A DNA stretch of 59,827 nucleotides, counting the filler. It is 4 parts of 4 records of this genome, joined end to end, with 100 filler letters (N's around TTAATTAATTAA, not from the genome) between each part and the next. Parts side by side here need not be neighbours in the genome. Positions count along the whole stretch, not along the records: positions 1 to 15,489 come from SRR22947725_1795; 3 more parts are not named here. One strand, written 5' to 3'. Each line of letters opens with the position of its first letter. Position 1 is the stretch's first letter. Positions 1-9,442 of the stretch are shown piece by piece. The position numbers were made by a program, and so were the translations under genes. The notes beneath the pieces were generated by a model that was not told where the DNA came from, ran no database searches, and saw nothing but the letters and a program-made list of their open reading frames with translations.

Positions 1-1
1 A

Positions 2-424
2 CTCCTCCCTAAGTCCGTCTAACACTCCGTCTTTAAAGTTTGCTCTGACTCTTAATATTTTGAAAGAACCAGTAGTGACGAAGTATGCCTCCGAAAGCCC
101 ATCTTTCAATCCATCTTTGAAATTTAAACTGTAAATTAATTTGCAACCCCACTCAAAAGGACAGTACATCTCTGTAAGTCCATTTTTCACCCCGTTTTTA
201 TACTTTGCTCGGAACGCGAGCAGTTTATAATCTCGGCAGGGGTAATTTTTAACACCGCAAGGGTAGTGAACAAGGCGTGTTCCACTGAAGGGTTTGGTAT
301 AGTCCTTACCGTCCCACTCGTATGTAATACCATCCCTATCTCTTAACTCATCGTTAGATTTCTCTCTTTCAGAAACGCAACCAACAATTCCAAAGACCAT
401 CAATGTGAGGAGGATGTTTTTCAT
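2..424 (-). CDS. MORN-variant (YwqK-like) repeat lipoprotein, 3'-truncated by window edge
   Basis: Not in the ORF track. Hand translation from ATG at 424 gives MKNILLTLMVFGIVGC (lipobox), then repeats YKNGVKNGLTEMY, FKDGLKDGLSEAY, FKDGVLDGLREE. The frame is open to the edge. Confidence 0.75.
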   Translation of the reverse strand, partial: MKNILLTLMVFGIVGCVSEREKSNDELRDRDGITYEWDGKDYTKPFSGTRLVHYPCGVKNYPCRDYKLLAFRAKYKNGVKNGLTEMYCPFEWGCKLIYSLNFKDGLKDGLSEAYFVTTGSFKILRVRANFKDGVLDGLREE

Positions 425-554
425 ATTACTTTTGATAGGTCTTGCCAAACATTATGTATCTAGCTGCAACTAAAATAGCACAGGTAGTTATAGCATGCGC
501 TGGGCAGCATCTATAGTGGTCAAACATTTTCAGATTCCTGAGCTCTTTCATTAA

Positions 555-1028
555 TTATTGATCTTTCAACATTAAGGTCATTTTAGTGTTCCCTCGTTTA
601 TATCTCTCATCATCATACTTGTCACTTATCTGAAATCCGCAAGATAAATAAAGATTAAGGGCAGGTTGTAAAATATTATTAGTTAAAAGAAAAATTTTAT
701 CTGCCTTTTTTTCTTGTGCAAACTGAATGCACCTCTTCAATAATAATTTCCCAACTCCCCTTCCTTGAAAGCTTTTCGTAACTGACATTTTTGCAAGCTC
801 AAATATGCTCTCTGAAAAAGGTATCATTGCCGCTGTTCCTATTACTGTTTGATCATATACAGCAAAAAAAACTTCACCATTCTTTTCTATTACATAAGAC
901 TCAGGGTTTTGTAGGGTGTAAAAATCTTCATCTTCCATATGAAAAAATTCTTCAATCCATTCGCGATTAAGTTTTTCAAAATCTGCTTTATATTTCTTTT
1001 TGAAGGAAACGATATTTAGATTTTTCAT
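555..1028 (-). CDS. GNAT-family N-acetyltransferase
   Basis: ELAKMSV..FQGRGVGKLLL acetyl-CoA motif A; ALNLYLSCGF motif B. Confidence 0.9.
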   Translation of the reverse strand: MKNLNIVSFKKKYKADFEKLNREWIEEFFHMEDEDFYTLQNPESYVIEKNGEVFFAVYDQTVIGTAAMIPFSESIFELAKMSVTKSFQGRGVGKLLLKRCIQFAQEKKADKIFLLTNNILQPALNLYLSCGFQISDKYDDERYKRGNTKMTLMLKDQ

Positions 1029-1125
1029 CTATCAGCACAGCAAATATTAAAGTTGGGCTTTATCAGCTCATTTAGTACCAATTTTGAGTTCGATAAAATA
1101 TAGCCAAGGGAATATGCGTTCAAGT

Positions 1126-1153
1126 AAAAAGCCTGCAATAGATGCAGGCTTTT
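1126..1153. terminator. Intrinsic terminator (bidirectional form) after the 1175-1978 lipoprotein gene
   Basis: AAAAA-GCCTGCA-atgaa-like 5-nt loop (ATAGA)-TGCAGGC-TTTT. Confidence 0.8.
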
Positions 1154-1174
1154 AAAACTAGATAGTTTCATAGA

Positions 1175-1978
1175 TTATGACTTAGCGAATGCTGGGCGTG
1201 CTGGGTCATAAATAACACCAGAATTATATAGCTCTGGAACATCACATGCAGCCGTAGCCTCTAGAGATGCTCTAGCCTTGCCACCACTTTCCATCCAATT
1301 TTCATTGCCGGTAGCAGCACTCTCATAAGATTCATGGAAATTGCCCCACCAAAAGTCAGCCAATTCATCTGATCCGTCTCCTGCATATATCCCATATGCA
1401 TATGCTCCAGTAACATCCAAGCCATCAAGCCATTCGTTATATAATGTAATTGACTCCATGAGATCAGCAGAGGATTTCCCATCATTATATTTACATGGAA
1501 AAAACTCAGTAAAAAATGAGCCATCTTCTGGCATAGGCCCAAATGACTCAACGTCTCTATGGAAAGTAAACTCCCATGAGCCTCTTGCATCACCGTCACA
1601 AACCATCACTGACTCATGATCAGCTAAAAATGCGATGGCTTCTTCATCTTGCGTCCATTCAGCCCATGCGGCATCAGCGTCCTCTTTGGATTCCCACTGA
1701 AGCTCCCACCAACCGTTTTCAAATCTGCTCTCTTCTGTCGCAGGAACATATCCCCATGCGCCGAGAAGATCATCTGAAATATTAAGCGATCTCCAGCCTT
1801 GCATCATGCTATCTACATTTTCTTGAGTAAAATCTGAACCTGGTACGCAGGGAATAAATTCATTATAAAAGTTAACTCCAACTATGTCATAAGAAACGCT
1901 ATTATCTGATGACGTAGATGACTGGCCACAAGAAACAATCAACAACAACCCAAGAGATAAGGTTAAAAAATTTTTCAT
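1175..1978 (-). CDS. Acidic lipoprotein of unknown function with two tandem homologous domains
   Basis: Start moved to ATG 1978 (GGAGG 5 nt upstream). MKNFLTLSLGLLLIVSC lipobox. Internal repeat EFIPC..WW..VCD / EFFPC..WW..ACD. Confidence 0.8.
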   Translation of the reverse strand: MKNFLTLSLGLLLIVSCGQSSTSSDNSVSYDIVGVNFYNEFIPCVPGSDFTQENVDSMMQGWRSLNISDDLLGAWGYVPATEESRFENGWWELQWESKEDADAAWAEWTQDEEAIAFLADHESVMVCDGDARGSWEFTFHRDVESFGPMPEDGSFFTEFFPCKYNDGKSSADLMESITLYNEWLDGLDVTGAYAYGIYAGDGSDELADFWWGNFHESYESAATGNENWMESGGKARASLEATAACDVPELYNSGVIYDPARPAFAKS

Positions 1979-2050
1979 ACATGCCTCCAAAATAAATATA
2001 TAAAATATGATTAAAAACTATACATAATGACTTAACAATTTACCAAATTT

Positions 2051-2473
2051 TTAGCCTAATTCTGGATTGTGAGTGACGCTATCTATTGAATCATCTACAG
2101 GTGACCAGTGTTGCGCTGTTGAACTCCAAAAGCTTGAAACAATATCTAACCAGTCAGAGTTATCGAGAGTTCCAGCTTTAAGAAATTTAATCTCTGGATT
2201 CTCTTCCATAAAACTTAAGACTGGGGAGCCGCAAGTTGGACAAAATCCTCTGCTAATGTGTGATCCAGCTGAACCCGTGACAGTAAAATATTTAAGATCT
2301 CCTTGGAGATTAATATTTTCATCTGGCAGTATGATAATGGTTGCTTTTCCTGAGCCTGTAGATCTTTGGCAGTCTTTACAATGACAATGATGTGCAGAAA
2401 TAACTTTAGAACTATCAAATTCATACTCGACCTTGCCACATAAACATCCACCTATTTTTATTTCATTGCTCAT
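2051..2473 (-). CDS. GFA/CENP-V family Zn-binding protein
   Basis: GGCLCG, HCHCKDCQR and FCPTCGS motifs. Confidence 0.92.
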   Translation of the reverse strand: MSNEIKIGGCLCGKVEYEFDSSKVISAHHCHCKDCQRSTGSGKATIIILPDENINLQGDLKYFTVTGSAGSHISRGFCPTCGSPVLSFMEENPEIKFLKAGTLDNSDWLDIVSSFWSSTAQHWSPVDDSIDSVTHNPELG

Positions 2474-2722
2474 TTACTCACCCCCGATAATTTTTATGAA
2501 TTAGTATCATAAGTTTCTCTAAGTAATATGCCAACAGAGAACATAAACAATATATATAATACTATGTACATTTTATATATAAATATTATGTTTTAATTAA
2601 ACTTATGTATAAAGAATATATATATTAAATCAAAGTATTATTCATGAAAAATATGTACCTTTTATTTTATAAAATTTAGTATAAAGTTATTTTTTTACTA
2701 TTCAATTTAAAGGGGAACTTCC

Positions 2723-5155
2723 ATGAACAAATACAAATATATTTTATCTTTATGTTTTATATTCATCTTTTCGTTAAATACATTGGCGCAATCAGGTGAA
2801 ATTGAAGAAATTATCACAACTGCTACTAAAACAGAAAAAACTCTACAAGAAGTTCCTGTTGCTGTATCAGTAATCAGTGCTGATGAAATAGACAAAGCAA
2901 ACGTCGTTGATGCTTTTGATTTAATGCAAGTGGTTCCCTCTTTGGACACAAGGCAGTATCAATCATCTAAAAATGCAGCTTTTTTTATTAGAGGCTTTGG
3001 AAATGGTTCAAATAATAATGGTGTTGAGCCTTCAGTAGCCTTATTTGTTGATGGTGTATATCGATCAAAAATGCAAAGTCGAATCAACGATCTGCCAATG
3101 GTTGAAAGGGTTGAGGTTCTTCGCGGTCCTCAAAGTACTTTGTTTGGTAAAAATGCGACTGCTGGTGTAATTAACATCATTACAAAAAAACCTTCTTTCG
3201 AGAAATTTGGAAAGATTTCAACGTCATTTGGTAACTACAATTCAAGGGTAGTAAAAGCTTATTACACGGCCCCACTTAGTGACACTATGGCTTTTAGTTT
3301 GAATGCTAATACCAACCAAGCTGATGGTCATGCTAAAAATACAGTTACTGGTAATGATACCAACAACAGAGATAGATATTCTTTAAGAGCAGATTTATTA
3401 ATTGAAACTGCAGACGATTTAGAAATTAGGATCACGGCTGATTACGATGAATACGATGAATTTTGTTGCCAAGTAGGTAATGTTTCTGCGGGTCCTGCAA
3501 AACAACTTGCTTATGCTCTTGGTGCTCAAGCTGCTCCAAACAATCCATACACTGATGAGGTGCACTTCAATTTTGACTCTTTTTCAAAAGGTGAAAATTC
3601 TGGAATCTCAGTAAATATTGTTAAAGAAATGGACAAGATGACATTTACAAGTATTACTTCATCAAGGGATTCGGATAACCTTGAAAGTCAAGATATTGAT
3701 TTTGATAGCTCTAGAATACTTAACCCAAATACAACAAATGTGAATTTATCGTCAAAATCTCAAGAATTTAGACTTGCATCCAACGGTAATGCAAAGGTCA
3801 ATTGGTTGGTAGGAGCATACTTTTATGAAGAAGACCTGAAAAATGATAGCAGTGTTATTTGGGGACCATCATTTAATACATTTGCAAATATTGCATCAGG
3901 CGGAGCTCTTCCTAATGTTGGAGGTCTTTTAGGCTTGCCTGCGTCACTATTTTTCCAGGAAGGTACAGGAAGGGTCGGTTACTTTACACAAGAGACCGAA
4001 ACAACCACTTTATTTGGACAAGTAGACATAAGTCTAACTGATAAGCTAGGCGCTATCCTTGGTGTAAGTTACATTGAAGACGAAAAATCAGCAACAGGAA
4101 TTGATGTAAATAATGATGTGTTTTCACAGATTGGTTTTGTAGGTGTTGGGACTGCATTTTTAATAGGAACTGGTTTAGATCCTGCTACTGCAGCAGCATT
4201 AGCTACAAATCCCGCGGTAAATCCACTGCTTGGGTTTCAAGCTCTTCAGTTCATTCCTGAAATGCAGCAGTTTCCAAACGCTGGTCAAAGTGGTAAATCA
4301 TCCGATGACAACATTGATTACACAGCAAAACTGACGTACATGCTTAATGATGATTTAAGCTTTTACGGAGGAGTTTCAACTGGATTTAAATCCTCTGCAT
4401 GGAACCTATCAACAAATTCTTTACCAGATCTAGCTGAAAGAGCTGCATTAGCAGCAGCTGGAACACCAGTTGCAGAAAATACTGCAATTGGTCAAAGATA
4501 TGCATCACCTGAAGAAGCAGAAGTTTTTGAGCTTGGTATGAAGATGAGATTATCAACAGGATATTTTAATTTAACTGCATTTAGCCAGGAGATTAAAGAC
4601 TTCCAGTCCAATACATTTGTCAGCTCCGGTTTTATATTAGCGAATGCAGGATTGCAATCATCAGAAGGATTTGAGTTTGATTTGCTTTTCTCCCCGGTGC
4701 CTAGTATTGATATTACTTTTGGTGGGCTAGTCATGGATTCAAAATATGACTCATTTGTTGGTTCAGCAGCAGGTGATGTGAGTGGAACTAAGCCTGAAAA
4801 TGTACATGATGATTCTTTTACTAGCTCCATTACTTGGAACTGGAACAGAGGCAACACAGATGGTTATATTAGGTTAAATCATCTTTATTCTGGACCAACA
4901 CAAATAAGAATCATTCCTTCAGAGAATGTTGCTATGTGTGCAGCAGGAACTTGTGAGAAAACAAAAGATACACTCAACTTTAGTGCTGGAATCACTAGAG
5001 GTAATTTAGATATAGTTATATTTGGTAACAACATCAATGATGACAAATATCTCCATACAGCTTTTTCATCTGTAGGTGATCCATTTAGAACCTCCTTTGA
5101 GGGTTATCCAAATGCACCAAAAACATATGGAGTCACAGTTAATTACTCTTTCTAA
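2723..5155 (+). CDS. TonB-dependent outer-membrane receptor
   Basis: Signal peptide, EEIITTA TonB box, plug motifs IRGFG and VEVLRGPQSTLFG, C-terminal YGVTVNYSF. Confidence 0.95.
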   Translation: MNKYKYILSLCFIFIFSLNTLAQSGEIEEIITTATKTEKTLQEVPVAVSVISADEIDKANVVDAFDLMQVVPSLDTRQYQSSKNAAFFIRGFGNGSNNNGVEPSVALFVDGVYRSKMQSRINDLPMVERVEVLRGPQSTLFGKNATAGVINIITKKPSFEKFGKISTSFGNYNSRVVKAYYTAPLSDTMAFSLNANTNQADGHAKNTVTGNDTNNRDRYSLRADLLIETADDLEIRITADYDEYDEFCCQVGNVSAGPAKQLAYALGAQAAPNNPYTDEVHFNFDSFSKGENSGISVNIVKEMDKMTFTSITSSRDSDNLESQDIDFDSSRILNPNTTNVNLSSKSQEFRLASNGNAKVNWLVGAYFYEEDLKNDSSVIWGPSFNTFANIASGGALPNVGGLLGLPASLFFQEGTGRVGYFTQETETTTLFGQVDISLTDKLGAILGVSYIEDEKSATGIDVNNDVFSQIGFVGVGTAFLIGTGLDPATAAALATNPAVNPLLGFQALQFIPEMQQFPNAGQSGKSSDDNIDYTAKLTYMLNDDLSFYGGVSTGFKSSAWNLSTNSLPDLAERAALAAAGTPVAENTAIGQRYASPEEAEVFELGMKMRLSTGYFNLTAFSQEIKDFQSNTFVSSGFILANAGLQSSEGFEFDLLFSPVPSIDITFGGLVMDSKYDSFVGSAAGDVSGTKPENVHDDSFTSSITWNWNRGNTDGYIRLNHLYSGPTQIRIIPSENVAMCAAGTCEKTKDTLNFSAGITRGNLDIVIFGNNINDDKYLHTAFSSVGDPFRTSFEGYPNAPKTYGVTVNYSF

Positions 5156-5197
5156 GATCATTTCCCCCCTAGTTGTGGTTATTTAGATTAGTAATGG

Positions 5198-5226
5198 AAG
5201 GAGCTCGAAAGAGCTCCTTTTTTTTA
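5198..5226 (+). terminator. Rho-independent terminator of the TBDR gene
   Basis: AAGGAGCTC-GAAA-GAGCTCCTT followed by a T run. Confidence 0.9.
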
Positions 5227-5234
5227 TATAAAAA

Positions 5235-5633
5235 TTATTTAGTTAAATTTTCTAATGATTCTGACATCTTCTTTTGAAGAGCGCCAATGGCTTGCAACGG
5301 CCTGACCATAACCTTGAAATCGATGATTTTACCCTCTTCATTCCAACGAATGATATCAACACCATTAACAGAAATGTCGCCAATATAGGTTTCGAATTCT
5401 AATACGCAATCCAGTCCATCAACCAGCTCACGAACATATTCAAATCTTTCCATGTCAAAAGTTTGGCCGGCTCCCATCAAATAGAGTTTTGACATCTCTT
5501 TGCCGTGAATAGGTTTAAAAACTATGGGTGACGTAAAGACACATGACTCGTCAAGAATCTCATCTAAAAAATTTGGATCATCAGCTTTCAAACCCTTATG
5601 CCACTTGTCTAGATAGGTGTGCGTTTTATTCAT
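5235..5633 (-). CDS. SnoaL/NTF2-like family protein
   Basis: FTSPIVFKPIHGK, VNGVDII..GKIIDFKVMVRPL pattern. Confidence 0.85.
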   Translation of the reverse strand: MNKTHTYLDKWHKGLKADDPNFLDEILDESCVFTSPIVFKPIHGKEMSKLYLMGAGQTFDMERFEYVRELVDGLDCVLEFETYIGDISVNGVDIIRWNEEGKIIDFKVMVRPLQAIGALQKKMSESLENLTK

Positions 5634-5734
5634 TTATATATTAAAGACTTTTGACTAAAAGGATGCAAGCTATGTTTTAGGATAAAAGGAGGCCTTGCAA
5701 CTGAATTGTTAAAAATTTAAAAGCGGCTAGAAAA

Positions 5735-5863
5735 CTATTTCTTTCTTCTTAGCTTGCGAAGACGAGCGTATTCATTTTGTAGCTTTTTCTCTGCTAAATC
5801 ACGCCTTCGATGCCGTCTATCTCTAGCTGCTTCAGATTTTTGAATTCTGATAGCTTTATTCAT
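5735..5863 (-). CDS. 42-aa Arg/Lys-rich small protein
   Basis: Hand translation: MNKAIRIQKSEAARDRRHRRRDLAEKKLQNEYARLRKLRRKK*. It fills the gap between argH and the SnoaL gene and is below the ORF-track cutoff. Confidence 0.6.
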   Translation of the reverse strand: MNKAIRIQKSEAARDRRHRRRDLAEKKLQNEYARLRKLRRKK

Positions 5864-5909
5864 TCTTCTTAAATAATCTCATAAAGAAAAAAGAAAAGCA
5901 AAAAGTAAT

Positions 5910-7199
5910 TTATTTTTTGTTGATCAGTTTTTTCAGCCTCGATTCAATCGTTTTTAGCTCTAAATTATAGGCAGAACCAGACGAAGAATTATTTCTTGAA
6001 ATTGGTTGTGTGATTAATTGAGGGTCTTTATCGGACTTGACTTTAACATAAGCCTCTCTGAAGGGTACGCCTGATTGAACCAAATTATAGGCACGATCTG
6101 TCATGAGCATGTCCTGGTCTATAAATTCATTTGAGCGCCGTGTATTTACTTTGATGGATTTAATCAAATCCGGAAGCAGACTTAAGGTCTTTGTAACGCA
6201 ATGAGTTGAATATATCAGTGATCTCTTGGTAAGTTGTAAATCACGATGATATCCACTTGGAAGAGATATTAAGTTTTCTAATTCTGAATAATGTCCTGCT
6301 ATCTCTGCATACTTAGCCCTCATAATCTCTATTACATCAGGATTAGATTTGTTTGGCATGATAGATGATCCTGTTGAATATTTAGATGCAATGCTCAATA
6401 AGCTAAACTCCTGAGCTAAAAAAATACTCATATCCCATGCAAATTTTCTTACATCAAGCATCGGCTGCTTTAAAGAACCAATAAGCTCTAATTCAAACTT
6501 CCCTCTGCTGTTTTGAACATACAGACTATTTAATTGCTTTCTTTTGAAGCCCAATTCCTTCGTTGAAAGTTCACGCTTAATAGGAAGATTGACCCCATAT
6601 CCAGCTGCTGTACCCAAAGGGTTTATATTCATCCAGGATTGAGTGCTTGAAATCAAATCAATGTTATCAAGAAAAGACTCAGCAAAAGCTCCGAACCACA
6701 AACCCCAAGTCGAAGGCATGGCTCTTTGCAAATGAGTGTAACCAGGCATAGGATCGGATGAGTGTTTTTTAGCTTTATCAAAAAATGACCTAGCAATCTG
6801 TAGATTGATAGATTGAATTTCATCTAATTTTGCTCTTGCGTAAAGACGCATGGCCACCATCACCTGATCATTCCTACTTCGTCCTGTATGGATTTTCTTG
6901 CCTACCGAGCCAAGCTCCTTTGTTAAGAAATCTTCTATTGCAGAATGACAATCTTCGTATTTAGAAGTTAATTTGAATTTCTTGGCCTGAAATAATTTAG
7001 CAAGCTTGTTTAACGCTGAAATAATTTTCTTGGTTTCAGATTTATTTAAAATATTAATATGTTGTAGTTCATTGGCATGGGCAATGGATGCCTCAATGTC
7101 ATATAGAAATAATTCTTGGTCTAAAACTATATCTTCACCAGATAAGAAATTATCAATCATAGAATTTTTATCTTTTGAGCTTTGATTCCAAATTTTCAT
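5910..7199 (-). CDS. argH: Argininosuccinate lyase
   Basis: HTGRSRNDQ, MPGYTHLQRA and GSSIMPNKSNPD signatures; operon context. Confidence 0.96.
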   Translation of the reverse strand: MKIWNQSSKDKNSMIDNFLSGEDIVLDQELFLYDIEASIAHANELQHINILNKSETKKIISALNKLAKLFQAKKFKLTSKYEDCHSAIEDFLTKELGSVGKKIHTGRSRNDQVMVAMRLYARAKLDEIQSINLQIARSFFDKAKKHSSDPMPGYTHLQRAMPSTWGLWFGAFAESFLDNIDLISSTQSWMNINPLGTAAGYGVNLPIKRELSTKELGFKRKQLNSLYVQNSRGKFELELIGSLKQPMLDVRKFAWDMSIFLAQEFSLLSIASKYSTGSSIMPNKSNPDVIEIMRAKYAEIAGHYSELENLISLPSGYHRDLQLTKRSLIYSTHCVTKTLSLLPDLIKSIKVNTRRSNEFIDQDMLMTDRAYNLVQSGVPFREAYVKVKSDKDPQLITQPISRNNSSSGSAYNLELKTIESRLKKLINKK

Positions 7200-8131
7200 C
7201 GTTTTATTATTCCCAAGTTATCCTCCCATCCAAATGCAGAATTTAAGTTCTGCACAGCTTGTGTTGCTGCCCCTTTGAGGAGGTTATCAAGTGCACAACA
7301 AAATGTCAGCCTATTAATTTCTTGATCAACTTCAAAGCCTCCAATTATTACATTCGATGTGTTTTGCACATCTTGCATATTTGGAACTGCTTGTTGAATA
7401 GAAATTAGCGGTTTTTGATTGAAGTAGCTAAGAAATAAATTATAAATTTCTTCGGGCAACATAGGCTCTGACAAAATAAAATTACCAGTCATCATGATTC
7501 CTCTAAAAAAATTGCCGACATGAGGTGTGAATAATATATCTGAGTAACTATGAGCCTTAACTTCTCGCTCATGCAGATGTGATACGAGTGAGTAAGGAAG
7601 AACACTATCTTTTAAAGCTTCCTGATCATTTCTAGCATTTGGAGAGGCGCCTGCTCCACTAAATCCTGAAATGCCATATAAATTTACCGAACCAACCAAA
7701 ATATCTAACAAAGGAGCAAGCATAAATTGCATGGCGGAAGCATAACAGCCAGGATTACTGATTCTATTTAAAAGGGCCTGTTCAGACAGTTCAGGCACTC
7801 TATACTCCCAGTCCTCATCAAAACGATGGTCTGCACTCAAGTCAATAACAATTGCTTGAGAATTATGCTGAAAAATTAGATCAACATACTTTTGAGATTC
7901 ATCATTTTGCAAAGCCAAGATAAAGGCATCTTCATCAGCTAAAACAATATTTTCTATACTTAGATCTTGATATATCAACCCACTATCAGCATTAAGATCT
8001 AGTGGCTGTCCAGCCTTGGTTAAAGAAAAGACTGAGCTAAGATTAAAATGCTGATGCTGAGCCAATAACTTAACAACTTCTTGACCAACATAGCCTCTGC
8101 CTCCTAATAAACCTACTTTTTTAACTTCCAT
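7196..8131 (-). CDS. argC: N-acetyl-gamma-glutamyl-phosphate reductase
   Basis: GGRGYVG, IDLSADHRF, ISNPGCY (catalytic Cys), DNLLKGAATQA. Confidence 0.95.
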   Translation of the reverse strand: MEVKKVGLLGGRGYVGQEVVKLLAQHQHFNLSSVFSLTKAGQPLDLNADSGLIYQDLSIENIVLADEDAFILALQNDESQKYVDLIFQHNSQAIVIDLSADHRFDEDWEYRVPELSEQALLNRISNPGCYASAMQFMLAPLLDILVGSVNLYGISGFSGAGASPNARNDQEALKDSVLPYSLVSHLHEREVKAHSYSDILFTPHVGNFFRGIMMTGNFILSEPMLPEEIYNLFLSYFNQKPLISIQQAVPNMQDVQNTSNVIIGGFEVDQEINRLTFCCALDNLLKGAATQAVQNLNSAFGWEDNLGIIKR

Positions 8132-9442
8132 TCAAATCACACTTTTTGGTTTGTTAATAGCATACTCAATGCAATCTTTTAAAACGCTATAATCAGATAT
8201 GCCTATCCAAAATATATGCCACTCATCTTGTTTCTGACAGCCCTCACAAATTGAGGTGTAAAAACCATTTATAGGATTGTTTGGTCGTGAACGCCAAAAA
8301 ACTTGAGGATAAACTTTTCGCATCTCATGCCATATACCTGCTCCTAAGCCCTCACCTTTAGCTTCAGGAATAACACCAAACTTATCCATGTAAGGAATGG
8401 TGAAATCATTTGAAATAGCAATCGTAGCTCGCTTACATGAGGTCATAAAAATATTTATATCTTTCGGAGAGTTAAAAAAATTATCAACCAACTTACCTTT
8501 GAATGAAGTTTCTATAATATTTCTAAATTGATCCTCTACATCTTGGTCTGGAAGTTGATGCTGAACAACGCTATAACCATGTTTGATTAGAGTGCCGGAT
8601 CCCGAATCGGTGAATAACTCTTTAGGCAGATTGATTGGCTCTGTTATGGATACAGAGGCGGTTTTTGGAAGATGATCTAACAAAGATTTTATTTGCTCTA
8701 ATTTTAATTTCATTCCAGAATGCAGCCATTCTTGTTGCATAAGTTCGTTGTATTCCAAAGCCAGATTAATGTTCGGTATCAATTGACCAGATTTGTTAAA
8801 TATACCGCCGATTTCTGACAGAAAGATGGCTTTGTAAGGATTAATTGCTTTTACCAATTCAACAGTCGCGATATCAGCATTAATGTTTAAGACTTCATTG
8901 CCTTGAAATCCCACGGGTGCAATGACAGGTATTGAATCTAATTCCAGCACCTCATTTACAAGCTTAATGTCGACAGATTGAATAGATCCGACATATCCTA
9001 AATCAGGGTCCGCCAGAGTGCATTCAAATATATTGGAAATAAGGCCTTGTGCTTTTGTTCCTTGAGCCTCTAAAGCGTCAACGATCCTCTTATTCGTTTC
9101 CTTAAAAACTGAATAAGCAACGTCCCTTACTTTGAGAGAAGTGACCCTTTGTCCATCGATAAAAGAAAAGTCAATTTTCTTCTCTTCCAAGGCGGCAGAG
9201 AGCATTGGACCAGCCCCATGAAGTATGACAGGCTTCAAACCCACTTGGTTTAAAAAAACTAGAGATGAAATAAGATTTTCAAGATCATTCTCAATCACCG
9301 ATCCCCCTACTTTAATAACAGCAAAGCGTTGTTCGGGAGAAGAAAATTTTTCAATATACTTATTTATTTCTTTCTCAGAACCTATAGCACCAAGAAGTTT
9401 TAAAATGGTGCTTTTGATAAATTGATTAGAAGGACTGCTCAT
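8132..9442 (-). CDS. argB: Acetylglutamate kinase with C-terminal NAT (DUF619) domain; bifunctional NAGS/K type
   Basis: VIKVGG, LHGAGP and NINAD kinase motifs; ELFTDSGSGTL linker; YMDKFGV..GEGLG..FWRSRPNNPINGFY NAT domain. Confidence 0.9.
   Translation of the reverse strand: MSSPSNQFIKSTILKLLGAIGSEKEINKYIEKFSSPEQRFAVIKVGGSVIENDLENLISSLVFLNQVGLKPVILHGAGPMLSAALEEKKIDFSFIDGQRVTSLKVRDVAYSVFKETNKRIVDALEAQGTKAQGLISNIFECTLADPDLGYVGSIQSVDIKLVNEVLELDSIPVIAPVGFQGNEVLNINADIATVELVKAINPYKAIFLSEIGGIFNKSGQLIPNINLALEYNELMQQEWLHSGMKLKLEQIKSLLDHLPKTASVSITEPINLPKELFTDSGSGTLIKHGYSVVQHQLPDQDVEDQFRNIIETSFKGKLVDNFFNSPKDINIFMTSCKRATIAISNDFTIPYMDKFGVIPEAKGEGLGAGIWHEMRKVYPQVFWRSRPNNPINGFYTSICEGCQKQDEWHIFWIGISDYSVLKDCIEYAINKPKSVI

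Noticed and set aside
2474-2722. Fur box or riboswitch upstream of the TBDR
   Set aside because: The region is extremely AT-rich, so weak matches are expected by chance; no cobalamin or TPP riboswitch core was seen.
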